Below are positions 46,681 to 57,189 of a stretch of DNA of 64,000 nucleotides, piece by piece. Numbering within the stretch: the stretch's first letter is position 1; every line of letters begins with the position of its first letter. Below the pieces are notes generated by a model, which saw nothing but the letters and a program-made list of their open reading frames with translations, had not been told where the DNA came from and did no database searches. Source of the DNA: an uncultured bacterium (lineage in GTDB: Bacteria > Verrucomicrobiota > Verrucomicrobiia > Limisphaerales > UBA8199). The translations under genes and the position numbers were made by a program. Location: positions 64,001 to 128,000 of the forward strand of contig CAVVMW010000021.1 in the NCBI GenBank assembly GCA_963749495.1, given 5' to 3'.

Positions 46681-47599
46681 ACCCCCTCCCACCCCGCCGG
46701 CCAAACGCCTTCCGGATGAGTTGTGGCTGCATCACGCCCTCTACGTGCGCGTGCGCGAGGCCCTGCTCAGTCTGCCTCTGCACTTTCGGACGCAAACCTA
46801 CATCGAAGGCATCTCAGCGATCAACATCTTCACCTTGAACTCTGCTCTGGGCGCGACAATCGAGACCCAGGTGGTGAATACTCTGAATCTCATGCGCCCC
46901 GTGTGGGATCCGGATGAGCGATACCGGCAATTCGCTTTCGTCCGGCAAGCACAGACGTTCCCGGATGTGCTGCTGCGTGGCATGACAGAGGCGGCAGCTA
47001 CTGGCGCCGACGTGCTGCTCGGTATTGAACTGAAGGGTTGGTACCTGTTGGCCAAAGAGGCTGAGCCGAGTTTCCGCTTCCAGGTCACGCCATCCGCCTG
47101 CTCAGAAGCGGACCTGATCGTCGTGGTCCCGTGGGCGTTGACGAATGTGATTTCGGGGTCGCCGATGATCTTCCCTCCTTATATCGAGTCAGCGCGCTAT
47201 GCCGCCGAGTACCGCAACTACCATTGGCAATACCTCCGTGGCGCCAAAGGCGACACAACCATCAGACACCCGGCCGGTGTGAGCCCGTACCCGCGCAAGA
47301 GCGACCGCATTGGGGATGAACCGTTAGCTGACAAAGGCGGCAACTTTGGACGATATGCGCGGACGGGGTTGATGGATGAATACCTCAGCCGTGCAAAGGC
47401 CGAGCTCCTTGCCGGCATCAGGGCCGAACACTGGTTGAGCTTCTTCAAGATCTTTCATGACCAGCGCGACCCGGCGACCATTCGGCAGGAGATCGAGAGG
47501 CTGCGCGATAAGGTCGGAGTCTCTGGAGCCCCGCCAAGCCGCGTTGACGCAGCCTTGACCGTCCTGCAAGGCATCGAGGCACTGATAGAATCAACATGA
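46670..47599 (+). CDS. Putative type II restriction endonuclease (PD-(D/E)xK)
   Basis: FPDVLL...GIELKG; start overlaps the methyltransferase stop. Confidence 0.6.
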   Translation: MSSKPPPTPPAKRLPDELWLHHALYVRVREALLSLPLHFRTQTYIEGISAINIFTLNSALGATIETQVVNTLNLMRPVWDPDERYRQFAFVRQAQTFPDVLLRGMTEAAATGADVLLGIELKGWYLLAKEAEPSFRFQVTPSACSEADLIVVVPWALTNVISGSPMIFPPYIESARYAAEYRNYHWQYLRGAKGDTTIRHPAGVSPYPRKSDRIGDEPLADKGGNFGRYARTGLMDEYLSRAKAELLAGIRAEHWLSFFKIFHDQRDPATIRQEIERLRDKVGVSGAPPSRVDAALTVLQGIEALIEST

Positions 47600-47715
47600 C
47601 TGACCTCGCCAGCCGCTGGGATGTCTGAACTGCTGTCAGAAGTCCATCTTCGTTTTCTTCGTTTGCTTCTGTTTTTGTCTGGATCTCGCCCGTAGATGGC
47701 GCAATTCTGCGGGGC

Positions 47716-50700
47716 GTGAAAACGATCAACTTTCTGATTGAATCGGGAATGCTTCTGGCCCTTGCATGTTTGACCTTTGCCGGCGCAAACCGCGCGGGCG
47801 GCATTGGCGTGGCGGACTTGCGCTGCGAATACGGGAGGAACCCCACTGCCATTGGGGAGACGCGGCCCCGGTTGAGCTGGGTGGTCGAAGGCGATAAAGG
47901 GCAGCGCGGCGTGGTGCAGGGCGCTTACCAGGTCCTGGCCGCCGCCAGCCGCGACTTGCTCGACAAGGACCATGCCGATTTGTGGGACAGCGGGAAGGTC
48001 GATTCGGACCAATCCACTCAAGTGGTCTATGATGGCAAGGCCCTCGCCTCCGGCCGGACTTGCTTCTGGAAGGTCAAGCTCTGGGACCGGCAGGGCCGGG
48101 CCTCGGCCTGGAGTAAGCCGGCCACGTGGACCATGGGCCTGCTCAAGCCGGCGGATTGGACTGCCAAATGGATTGGTTACGCGCCCATTGCGGATCAGCA
48201 GGACTCCGCCAGCGCGCTCGTCAAGCAGTTTCAACGGTTGGATGGCAGCAAATGGCTCTGGGCCAACGGCGCCACGCCTGGCAACCAGCCGGCAGGGAAG
48301 GTCTATTTCCGGAAGGTCATCGAGCTTCCTGCGGACCGGGCGGTGAAACAGGCCACCTTCCTGCTGGCGGCGGATGACGGCTTCAGCCTCTTCATCAACG
48401 GCCACCTGGCGGGGCAGGGGAGCACCTGGCAGCAGGTCGCCAGCCCGGACGTGACCGGTCGCCTGCAGCCGGGCGCCAACGCCCTGGGCATCGAGGCCGT
48501 CAACGGCGGCGACACGCCCAGCCCCGCGGGCGTGATCGGACGCCTGGTCATCATCTTCGCCGCAGGCGAGCCGATGGTGGTGCCGATCAACAGTTCCTGG
48601 CAGACCAGCCGCGAGGCCGGCGGCCGATGGAACTGGGCTGATTTCGATGCCTCGGCCTGGAAGCCGGCTTCCCAAGTCGGCAGCTATGGCGATCAACCCT
48701 GGGGCAAGATCCAGGTCAACATGGCCGCCATGGACCCCGCGCCGTTCTTCCGCAAAACCTTCACCGTGAACAAGCCGATCCGCCGCGCCACCATCTTTGC
48801 CTCCGCCCTGGGCGTCTATGAACTGCACCTGAATGGAAAGCCGGTCGACAAGGACGTCCTTTCGCCCGGCTGGACCGATTATCACAAGCGCGTTCACTAC
48901 TTCGGCTACGATGTCACCCGGCAGCTCAAGCAGGGCCGCAACGCGCTGGGCGCCATCCTGGGCGACGGCTGGTATGCGGCCTACCTCGCCTTCACCGGCA
49001 AGCGCCATTATTACGGCGACAAAACCCGGTTCATCGCCCAAGTGCAGATCGAGTACGCTGATGGCACCACCGAGGTCATCGGCACCGATGACACCTGGAA
49101 GGCCGCCACCGGCCCCATCCTCGAGGGAGACCTCTTGATGGGCTCCGTCTATGATGCCCGCAAGGAATTGCCCGGCTGGGACACCCCCGATTGCCCCGAT
49201 ACCGATTGGCGCCCCGCCATCGTGGATACCGCCGTTAAAGCCAATCTCGAGGCCCATCCCGGCGCGCCCATCCGCCGCCAAGACGAGGTCCGCGCCGTCA
49301 AACTCACCGAGCCCCAGCCGGGGGTCTATGTCTTCGACCTCGGCCAGAACATCGTCGGCTGGGCCCGCCTCAAGGCCAAAGGCAAGGCCGGCCAGAAAGT
49401 CGTCGTGCGGCACGCGGAGATGCTCAACCAGGACGGGACCCTCTACACGGTGAACCTGCGCGCCGCCAAGGCCACTGACACCTATTACCTGGCCGACGGA
49501 CCCAAACGCCCCCTCGAGCCCTATTTCACTTTTCACGGCTTCCAGTACGTCGAGGTGACCGGCCTGGATGACAAGCCCGAGCTGGGCGACCTCACCGGCA
49601 TCGTGGTCCACTCCGACCTGCCGCGCGCCGGGTGGTTCGAGTGCTCCGAGCCGCTGGTCAACAAGCTGGCCCTCAACTCGCTTTGGGGCCAGAAGGGCAA
49701 TTTCCTGGATGTCCCCACCGATTGCCCGCAACGCGACGAACGCGCCGGGTGGACCGGCGACGCCCAGGTCTTCATGAAGACCGCCTGCCTGAACCTCGAT
49801 GCCCCCGGCTTCTACACCAAATGGCTCATCGATCTCTGCGACGATTCCCAACGCGCCGATGGCGCCTTCGGCGACGTCGCCCCTCACCTGGGCATCGTCG
49901 GCTTCGGCAACACCGGCTGGTCCGATGCGGGCCCCGTCTGTAATTGGCGCATGTACGAGATGTACGGCGACACCCGCGTCCTCGAGCGCCATTACGCCGA
50001 ACTGGTCCACCACATGGAGTACCTGGCCAAGACCAGCAAGGGCCTGGCGCGCGGCACCTTCGCCTATGGCGACTGGCTGCGCCTGGCCGGTCCCCAGCAC
50101 TCGGAGGCCATCGGCACCGCCTATTATTTCTATGCCGCCGGCCTTATGACGCGCATCGCCGAGGCCCTCGGCAAGAGGGACGACGCGCAACGCTACGCCA
50201 AACTGGCCGAGGAGATTCGCGGCGTTTTCGTGAAGACCTTCATCAAACCCGATGGGCGAATCGTGGACGCCAAGAACGAAAGCGGCCAGACCTTCTACGC
50301 CCTGGCCTTCGGGCTGGGCCTGGTGCCGGCGGAGATGGAGGGCGCGGTCGCCGGGCAATTCGTTGCCTCGATCAAGAAGGAAGGGGATCACCTCGCAACG
50401 GGGTTCCTGGGCACGCCGTTCGTCCTCTTCGCCCTCCAGCAGGCGGGACATCCGGAACTGGCTTACAAGCTGGTCCTCAACAGGACCTATCCCTCCTGGC
50501 TCCAGCAGGTCCTCTGGGGTTCGACCACCATGTGGGAGCGCTGGGACGGTTGGCGGCCCGATAAAGGCTTCCAGGACCCGGGCATGAACTCGTTCAACCA
50601 CTATTGGCTCGGCTGCGTCAGCGAGTGGCTCTTCACCCAGGCCGCCGGCATCGACACCGACGGCCCCGGCTTCAAACGCATCGTCATCCGTCCCGAGATC

Positions 50701-50985
50701 GTCAAGCCCGAGGCCGGGTTCGATTGGGTGAAGGCCTCTTACCATTCGCTCCGCGGCACGATTGCCAGCGCCTGGCGACTAGCCCAGGGGCAGTTTTCGC
50801 TGGATGTCACCGTGCCCGGCAATTCGGTTGCCACGGTCTATGTCCCGGCCCGGGACGCCGCCGGGGTGACCGAGAGAGGCCGGCCCGCGGCCCAGGCCCA
50901 GGGCGTGAAGTTCCTGCGCCAGGAGGCCGGCCGCGCCGTCTTCGAGATCGGCTCGGGCCAATACTCCTTCCAGAGCAAGCTTTAG
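47716..50985 (+). CDS. Alpha-L-rhamnosidase (GH78)
   Basis: LWDSGKV, VFDLGQN, FTFHGFQY, PTDCPQRDER.GWTGD, TTMWERW, MNSFNHY. Confidence 0.95.
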   Translation: MKTINFLIESGMLLALACLTFAGANRAGGIGVADLRCEYGRNPTAIGETRPRLSWVVEGDKGQRGVVQGAYQVLAAASRDLLDKDHADLWDSGKVDSDQSTQVVYDGKALASGRTCFWKVKLWDRQGRASAWSKPATWTMGLLKPADWTAKWIGYAPIADQQDSASALVKQFQRLDGSKWLWANGATPGNQPAGKVYFRKVIELPADRAVKQATFLLAADDGFSLFINGHLAGQGSTWQQVASPDVTGRLQPGANALGIEAVNGGDTPSPAGVIGRLVIIFAAGEPMVVPINSSWQTSREAGGRWNWADFDASAWKPASQVGSYGDQPWGKIQVNMAAMDPAPFFRKTFTVNKPIRRATIFASALGVYELHLNGKPVDKDVLSPGWTDYHKRVHYFGYDVTRQLKQGRNALGAILGDGWYAAYLAFTGKRHYYGDKTRFIAQVQIEYADGTTEVIGTDDTWKAATGPILEGDLLMGSVYDARKELPGWDTPDCPDTDWRPAIVDTAVKANLEAHPGAPIRRQDEVRAVKLTEPQPGVYVFDLGQNIVGWARLKAKGKAGQKVVVRHAEMLNQDGTLYTVNLRAAKATDTYYLADGPKRPLEPYFTFHGFQYVEVTGLDDKPELGDLTGIVVHSDLPRAGWFECSEPLVNKLALNSLWGQKGNFLDVPTDCPQRDERAGWTGDAQVFMKTACLNLDAPGFYTKWLIDLCDDSQRADGAFGDVAPHLGIVGFGNTGWSDAGPVCNWRMYEMYGDTRVLERHYAELVHHMEYLAKTSKGLARGTFAYGDWLRLAGPQHSEAIGTAYYFYAAGLMTRIAEALGKRDDAQRYAKLAEEIRGVFVKTFIKPDGRIVDAKNESGQTFYALAFGLGLVPAEMEGAVAGQFVASIKKEGDHLATGFLGTPFVLFALQQAGHPELAYKLVLNRTYPSWLQQVLWGSTTMWERWDGWRPDKGFQDPGMNSFNHYWLGCVSEWLFTQAAGIDTDGPGFKRIVIRPEIVKPEAGFDWVKASYHSLRGTIASAWRLAQGQFSLDVTVPGNSVATVYVPARDAAGVTERGRPAAQAQGVKFLRQEAGRAVFEIGSGQYSFQSKL

Positions 50986-51036
50986 CCAGCGGGTCTTGAC
51001 CTTGTTGGCCGAAAGTCCGAAAATCCGCTCCACATT

Positions 51037-52380
51037 ATGCGCTCAAGACTGATTCTTCTGCTCGGATTAGTGAGCTGCGGCCTGGCTGCTGCCCAAACCC
51101 TCGAACAAAAGCCCAGCAACGCCGGCCTTGATCGTTTCGTCCCGCTCAAGGCGCCCCGGGCCTCGAGCCTGGTGCTCAAGCCCGGCGACCACCTAGCCAT
51201 CTGCGGCGATTCGATCACCGAACAGAAGATGTACTCGCGCATCATGGAGGACTACCTGACCGTGTGCGTGCCGGAGTTGAAGATCAAGGTGCGGCAGTAC
51301 GGCTGGAGCGGGGAGAAGGCCCCGGGGTTCTTGGCGCGCATGACCAACGACTGCCTCAAGTTCCGGCCTACGGTGGCCACGACCTGCTATGGCATGAATG
51401 ACCACGAATATCGCGCCTACGATGAAAAGGTCGGACGCACTTATTGTGAAAATTCCCTCGCTATCATCGAGGCCTTCAAGTCCCAGGGCGTGCGCGTCAT
51501 CCAGGGTTCGCCCGGCTGCGTGGGCAAGGTGCCTGCCTGGGTCAAGTCCGCCACCGGCACGGTCGAGGACCTCAACCTGAGCCTCTGCACCCTGCGCAAC
51601 CTGGGCATCGGCATCGCCGCCGAGGAGAAGGCCGGCTTTGCCGACGTCTTCTGGCCGATGCTCACCGCCGGCGCCGCCGGACAGCAGCGGTTCGGCGCTG
51701 ACTTCGCCATCGCCGGCAAGGACGGCGTACACCCCGGTTGGGCGGGCCACACGGTGATGGCCTATGCGTTTCTCAAGGCCCTGGGCCTCAACGGGGACAT
51801 CGGGACGTTCACGCTGGATGGCAGGGACAACCGGATGAGTGTGTCGCCCGGCCACGAGTTGGTCGCCGTCACGGAGAACGCCTTCGAGATCCGCAGCACT
51901 CGCTACCCGTTCTGCCCCTGTGTCGAGCCCGGCCAGGGCGGGGCCTCCTACCCCGTTTGCGGCCAGGACGATCCGACCAAGGACAACAGCATCCGCGCGG
52001 CCATGCGACTCATTCCCTTCAACGAGGACCTCAATCGCCTGGTCCTGGTGGTCCGCCACGCAAAGGCCCCGAGCTACAAAGTCACCTGGGGCGCCACCGC
52101 TCAGGTCTTCTTGGCCTCTCAACTGGCCAAGGGCGTAAACCTCGCCGAGGAGTTCCCCCGCAACCCGTTCTGCGCCGCCTTCGGCAAAGTCGATGCCGCC
52201 GTCGCCGCCAAGCAGGCCTACGAAACCAAACAGGTCAGGGAAATCCTCCACGGGGACCAAGCCAAGGCCGACCTCGAGGCAGCCATCACGCGAACCGAAG
52301 AGGAGCGCCAACCACTGGCCCAGGCCATCCAGGCCGTCTTCGTGCCCGTCACCCACGTGCTGAGGATCGAGCCCAGGTAA
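51037..52380 (+). CDS. SGNH/GDSL hydrolase
   Basis: Signal peptide; GDSIT, GWSG, YGMND, DGVHP. Confidence 0.9.
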   Translation: MRSRLILLLGLVSCGLAAAQTLEQKPSNAGLDRFVPLKAPRASSLVLKPGDHLAICGDSITEQKMYSRIMEDYLTVCVPELKIKVRQYGWSGEKAPGFLARMTNDCLKFRPTVATTCYGMNDHEYRAYDEKVGRTYCENSLAIIEAFKSQGVRVIQGSPGCVGKVPAWVKSATGTVEDLNLSLCTLRNLGIGIAAEEKAGFADVFWPMLTAGAAGQQRFGADFAIAGKDGVHPGWAGHTVMAYAFLKALGLNGDIGTFTLDGRDNRMSVSPGHELVAVTENAFEIRSTRYPFCPCVEPGQGGASYPVCGQDDPTKDNSIRAAMRLIPFNEDLNRLVLVVRHAKAPSYKVTWGATAQVFLASQLAKGVNLAEEFPRNPFCAAFGKVDAAVAAKQAYETKQVREILHGDQAKADLEAAITRTEEERQPLAQAIQAVFVPVTHVLRIEPR

Positions 52381-52404
52381 GAACCCGCCCCCATAATTCT
52401 CAAT

Positions 52405-52508
52405 TCCGGACCTTTGTCGCAGCCTTTGTCGCAACCTTTGTCGAGGCATGGCCAGCTCGACAAAGGTTGCGACAAAGGTTGCGACAAAGGTCCTCCCCCT
52501 CGCGGCGT
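52405..52508. repeat. CGACAAAGG palindromic element (copy 2)
   Basis: (CCTTTGTCGCAR)n...(YTGCGACAAAGG)n; homolog of 11787-11890. Confidence 0.85.
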
Positions 52509-52530
52509 CTTCGGACAGTCCCGAGGCAGC

Positions 52531-53361
52531 TCACTTGTGCAGCGTCGCGTGCTGCCGCAGCCAGACGATGTCCTGGTTTCCCGGCGTGGGATCGTGGTGG
52601 TTATGGTAGTTGAGGGAGTAGGCGATGACTGTGCGCGGGTCGCGCCAGCGATGGTATTCGACGTGCGCATCGGCAAAGGAGATGACGCCGCCTCGGTTAT
52701 GGGCGCTGCCCGGGAACAGGAGAATCACGTCCTGGTCCATATCCACACCGTAATAGGGCCAGCAGATACTCTTGGGGTTGACGTCGGTGAACAAAAAGAG
52801 GCCGGAGGTCATGGACGGGGTTATCTGAGTCTGCTTCATGAACACCTTGAAATTCGAATCGAGCCGATCATCCCACCGCGACCCGGTCCAGCCCACATAG
52901 GCATTCAAGGAGTAGCTGCGCAGCTTGGGCCAGTCTTGGCCGAAGAGGGACACGGTGGGCGGGTCGGCCGGGCAGACATAGACCGAGATGGTGTGGAGGT
53001 AATTGGCGAAGAGCGCATACTTGGGATCGAGGATATACGTCGTGTTCGTGTTGGCCTCCGGGTAAACGAAGGCGCCCTGTACCCACAGCTTGTTGTCGGT
53101 GCTGGGCGGATCGTTCTGGCCCACGGCGGGCACCAAATCGTTGTTGTCGCCCGCGTACATCGACCAGGTCGTGACGAGCTGCTTGTGGTTGTTGGTGCAC
53201 GCGATGCGTCTGGCGGCGGCCTTGGCTCGAGCCAGCGACGGCAAGAGCAGGGCGGCCAGTATGGCGATGATGGCGATCACCACCAGCAACTCGATCAAGG
53301 TGAACCCGCCGCTGCGCCAGGCGCTTGCGGCCGATCTCCGCGGTCTGACTCCCGGTCTCAT
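52531..53361 (-). CDS. Prepilin-type N-terminal cleavage/methylation protein with H-X9-DG-like domain
   Basis: [42 protein letters not shown]. Confidence 0.9.
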   Translation of the reverse strand: MRPGVRPRRSAASAWRSGGFTLIELLVVIAIIAILAALLLPSLARAKAAARRIACTNNHKQLVTTWSMYAGDNNDLVPAVGQNDPPSTDNKLWVQGAFVYPEANTNTTYILDPKYALFANYLHTISVYVCPADPPTVSLFGQDWPKLRSYSLNAYVGWTGSRWDDRLDSNFKVFMKQTQITPSMTSGLFLFTDVNPKSICWPYYGVDMDQDVILLFPGSAHNRGGVISFADAHVEYHRWRDPRTVIAYSLNYHNHHDPTPGNQDIVWLRQHATLHK

Positions 53362-53507
53362 AGAGTAATGCCCGACTGACTGCGCCTGCTTGGCCCGCGC
53401 CCCCGGCCAATGAATGCCAAGGGCTGATATGCGCGGCATCCTACCAGGAACCCGCCGCGTTGTGAAGTGTGCGTTTGGACGCACACCTGTGGCGGGCGCA
53501 TCCGGCT

Positions 53508-53606
53508 GAATTAACCGCAAAGAACGCAAAGATCGCAAAGAAACGCCTCGATTCCGGGCTCTTTGTGTTCTCTGCGTTCTTTGCGGTTAATTTCGCCACT
53601 GTCTCT
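53508..53606. repeat. AACCGCAAAGAACGC palindromic element (copy 1)
   Basis: Nearly identical to 63645-63743. Confidence 0.9.
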
Positions 53607-54885
53607 AAACCTTCCAGGGTCCGCGTTTGGGCCGGTCCAGCCATTGGTTGGCTTCTTCATCGCCGATGAACCGTTCATTGGCCGGGTCCCATTTGAGGCG
53701 GCGGTGGTTCCAATAGGCCAGGTTGCCGAGGTGGCAGACGGTCACGGAGCGGCAACCGATTTCGACATCGCAGATCGGCTTTTTGCGGGAGCGCACGCAA
53801 CTCAGGAAATCGCCCGGATGATTCGAGCTCTTGTAGAGGCGGATGGCGTTGTCGGGCAACGGCGCCTCGGCCAGTTCCCTGGGCGTGGCCTCGAATTTGC
53901 CCCGGTTGACGAGGATCTTGCCCTCGGTGCCGATGAAGAGGACCCCGCCGCTGTCGCCGTGGAGGACCTCGACGCCGTTGGCATAGAGGTAGCGCACGCC
54001 GCGGGCCGCCTTCGGATCATCGGGCGGGATGATCTCCACCGGGCCGCTCTCGTCCATGCCCAGGCCCCACTGGGCGATGTCGAAGTGATGGGCGCCCCAG
54101 TCGGTCATCATCCCTCCCGAGTACTCGCGGTAATTGCGCCAGTCCGGGAAGTGCGTATGGACTCCGCGCGGGCTGAGCACCGAGTTGTAGGGGCGCAAGG
54201 GCGCCGGGCCGAGCCATAAATCCCAATTCAACCCCGGTTCCATCGCCTCTTCGGGCAGGTCGCAGGGCCTGGAGGGGCCGCCGACGTCCACGATGACGCG
54301 CTGGACCTCGCCGATGCGCCCGTTGCGGACAAGCTCGCAGGCCTTGCGAAACTCGCTCGACGAGCGTTGCATCGAGCCGGTCTGGAAGACCCGCTCGTTC
54401 TTGCGCGCGGCCTGGACCATGGCGCGCGCCTCGTGGATGGTCAGCGAGAGCGGCTTCTCGCAATAGACGTCTTTGCCGGCATTGCAGGCGGCCACTGCAA
54501 TATACGCGTGCCAGTGGTCGGGGGCGGCAATCACGACCGCGTCGATGTCCTTGCGCGCGATCAGGTCCGGAAACTCCTTGTAAGCGGCGCAGCCTTTGTA
54601 GTCGGTGTTGCCCCGGGCGCTGTAGAACTCATCAACCCGCTTGCGATGGTGCTCGCGCCGCGTCGTGTCCACGTCGCACACCGCCAGCACCTGGGTGTTG
54701 GGATGGGTCAGGAAATTGTCCAGCAGGCCGCCGCCCTGCGTGCCGGTGCCGATGAAACCCAGGGTGATGCGCTCGCTGGGGCCTTTTTCCCCGGCCGCGC
54801 GGGCCGAGCAGAGCAGCAGCGGAGCGGCGCACGCGGCGGCTGTGGTGGTCTGGAGAAACTGGCGTCGATTCAATTGTCGTTGCAT
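53605..54885 (-). CDS. Tat-exported Gfo/Idh/MocA oxidoreductase
   Basis: NRRQFL, GFIGTG, PDHWH, YCEKP, DWGAHHFD. Confidence 0.93.
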   Translation of the reverse strand: MQRQLNRRQFLQTTTAAACAAPLLLCSARAAGEKGPSERITLGFIGTGTQGGGLLDNFLTHPNTQVLAVCDVDTTRREHHRKRVDEFYSARGNTDYKGCAAYKEFPDLIARKDIDAVVIAAPDHWHAYIAVAACNAGKDVYCEKPLSLTIHEARAMVQAARKNERVFQTGSMQRSSSEFRKACELVRNGRIGEVQRVIVDVGGPSRPCDLPEEAMEPGLNWDLWLGPAPLRPYNSVLSPRGVHTHFPDWRNYREYSGGMMTDWGAHHFDIAQWGLGMDESGPVEIIPPDDPKAARGVRYLYANGVEVLHGDSGGVLFIGTEGKILVNRGKFEATPRELAEAPLPDNAIRLYKSSNHPGDFLSCVRSRKKPICDVEIGCRSVTVCHLGNLAYWNHRRLKWDPANERFIGDEEANQWLDRPKRGPWKV

Positions 54886-54961
54886 GGTTGGAAACGGTTT
54901 GTTGTTTCTGCCAGGAGGGCATAGCAGCACAATCCTTCAAAGGCAATCGAAATCCGGCTCG

Positions 54962-55090
54962 CGGCAGAATCATGGGTGGGAAAAGGCAGAATCATTTTTG
55001 GCAAAATCATTGGAATGAGGATTTTGCCAATAGTGATTTTGCCTCCCTTCGCGGGTCGTCCATGATCTTGACGGCCTCACGATTTTTCCT
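54962..55090. repeat. GGCARAATCAT/ATGATTTTGCC palindromic repeat
   Basis: Three direct GGCARAATCAT units followed by inverted units. Confidence 0.6.
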
Positions 55091-55101
55091 ATGATGGCCG
55101 C

Positions 55102-56091
55102 GTGATCACGATGACGAATCAGCGGCTCCCTGGGCCGGGGCCTGCAACTGTCGGCCTGGCCCTCGTTCTTTGCGCGGTTTTGCCCCTTGCGGCCCGCGCG
55201 GCTGCGCTCAGCCTGCGGACGGGCGAAGAACCCGCCACCTGGAGCGTGGTCTATGGGCAGCAGAAGGTATTCGCGTATTCCTTCGCTCCAAAGAAATTCA
55301 AGCCGTATGTGATGGAACTGGCCCCGCTTGGCGGCGAGAATATCCTGCGCGACGCGCCTTTCGATCACCTGCACCACCATGCCTTGATGTACGGCATCCG
55401 GGTCAATGGCATCAACTTCTGGGAGGAAGTCTCCGGCAACGGCGTGCAAAAGGTCATCCGCTTCTCGACGCCGATCCTGACCGAGACGGGCGCCGGCGGG
55501 CGCCCGGAGGCCAGGTTCGAGCAGGTCCTGCACTGGGTCGCCCCGCAGGATGCCTTCCTGCCCGATACCGCCCCGGTCGCCCTCCTGGTCGAGCGCCGCA
55601 CACTCGTGCTAACCCTGGACCCCGCTCAAAACGAAGTCGCCCTCGAATGGAAATCGAAGTTCGAGGTCGGCGGCAAGACCAACACAGTCATTCTGAGCGG
55701 CGCCAATTATCACGGGCTGGGCATGCGGTTTCGGCAGGACCTGGACCGCCTGGCATCACACTCGCTGGCCGGCGCCCGGCCCGACCTGGCCAACAACCGC
55801 CAGGACGTTTCCCCCGCCCCATGGGCGGCGGTCTCCTTCGATGCCCCGGGCCACCCGGCCACCATCGCGCTGGCTGGCCATCCCGCCAACCTGCGCAGCG
55901 AGGCCCCGTTCTTCTCCATGCTCACCCCCTTTGCCTATCTCTCCGCCACGCAGGGGCTGGACAAGGAACCGCTGGTCTATCACCAGGGCGACCGGTTCGA
56001 GCTGAACTACCTGGTCCTCCTCTACCCGGAGGCCAAGCCCTCCGATACGCTGCGCCGGCGCGTGGAAGCCTGGCGGCAAACCAAACCGTGA
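55102..56091 (+). CDS. Secreted DUF6807/PmoA-like family protein
   Basis: Signal peptide; KPY...L, DAPFDHLHHHALM, INFWEE, YHGLGMRF. Confidence 0.65.
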   Translation: MITMTNQRLPGPGPATVGLALVLCAVLPLAARAAALSLRTGEEPATWSVVYGQQKVFAYSFAPKKFKPYVMELAPLGGENILRDAPFDHLHHHALMYGIRVNGINFWEEVSGNGVQKVIRFSTPILTETGAGGRPEARFEQVLHWVAPQDAFLPDTAPVALLVERRTLVLTLDPAQNEVALEWKSKFEVGGKTNTVILSGANYHGLGMRFRQDLDRLASHSLAGARPDLANNRQDVSPAPWAAVSFDAPGHPATIALAGHPANLRSEAPFFSMLTPFAYLSATQGLDKEPLVYHQGDRFELNYLVLLYPEAKPSDTLRRRVEAWRQTKP

Positions 56092-56109
56092 ATCAACCTG
56101 ACTACCTGT

Positions 56110-56953
56110 ATGGGCAAAATTGGCTTAGGCGTTAACCTCGAATACATCCGCCACCACGACAAACCCTTCGAATGGGGCGTCGAGAAGGCCGCCGAACTCG
56201 GCTATGAATACGTCGAACCCATGGTGCATTGGGGACGCGAACTGCTGAGCGAGGCCGGTTATTTTCACAGCGTCTCGATGCTCGACGACCCGTTGCGCAT
56301 CCAGCGCGCCTGCCAGAAGGCCGGCGTCAAACTCTCGGGCCTCTCGGCCCACACGCCCCTGTGCAAGCCGGAGATTGGGGTCGAGTACCCTCAAGCAGGC
56401 CGTCCGCTTCGCCGCCGAGTGCGGCGCGCCGATCATCAATACCGACGAAGGCCCCAAGCCGGCCTGGAGCACCGAGGCCGAGGATTTCACCCTCATGCGC
56501 TACACCCTGATGGAGGCATCGAAGGTCGCGGAACCCCGCAACATCCTCATCGGCATCGAACCCCACCAGCAGTACAGCAAACACCCCGACGGCCTGGACC
56601 GCATCTACAACCTCGTCAAGAGCCCCGCTATCGGCATCAACTTCGACACCGGCAACAGCTATCTTTGCGGCCACGACCCTTACGCATGGCTCGAACGCGT
56701 CCTCGACCGCCTCGTCCACCTCCATGCCAAGGACATCTCTGTCCAGCAATCCTCCGCCCAACGCGGCAAGGTCACCGGCACCGCCGTCGGCTGCGCCTGC
56801 GGCGACGGCGTCATCGATTGGGCGCGCGTCATCGGCATCTGCCGCAAGGCCACGCGCGACATCGTCTTCTCCGTCGAGTGCGGCACCGTCGAGCAGGCCC
56901 AACGCTCTGTGGCGCATCTCAAACCCCTGCTCGCCGCAAAGCGCAAGGGGTAG
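56110..56953 (+). CDS. Sugar phosphate isomerase/epimerase, xylose-isomerase-like TIM barrel (frameshift near 56388)
   Basis: LGYEYVE; second frame IGIEPH, INFDTGN, HLHAKD, GDGVIDW, SVE. Confidence 0.85.
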
Positions 56954-57005
56954 TGGGAGTTTCACCGGTACTGCCTCACTGAGGGCGGGGGCGACACGGC
57001 GGGCA

Positions 57006-57155
57006 GACCCCTCACCCCGACCCTCTCCCCTTCCGAAGGGGAGAGGGCGAAACGTCGGCAGTCTCTGGGAATTTCAGGCGTCTCCCTTTTCTCAAGCCGC
57101 TGCCGACAATTCCCCCTCTCCCCTTCGCAAGGGGAGAGGGCTGGGGTGAGGGGTT
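57006..57155. repeat. CCCTCTCCCC palindromic element (copy 2)
   Basis: Homolog of 21060-21209. Confidence 0.85.
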
Positions 57156-57189
57156 CGCCGGGGACTCCGTTTCCGCCTTCACCGACCGA

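Noticed and set aside
47455..50745. 1096-aa antisense ORF (also 1862-4453, 42219-43832, 58866-60779 and others)
   Set aside because: These are shadow ORFs opposite well-supported genes, expected from high-GC codon bias, with no recognisable motifs.
52405..52508. CRISPR-like array (also 11787-11890, 20922-20963, 58928-59032)
   Set aside because: Units are 7-12 nt with no unique spacers, are arranged as tandem or inverted arms, and no cas genes are present.
52660..52705. H-X9-DA instead of H-X9-DG as a functional novelty
   Set aside because: A single conservative substitution in a highly variable, expanded family.
55102..56091. Particulate methane monooxygenase subunit
   Set aside because: It is a soluble secreted protein in a sugar-catabolism context with no pmoB/pmoC; the PmoA-like family label is misleading.
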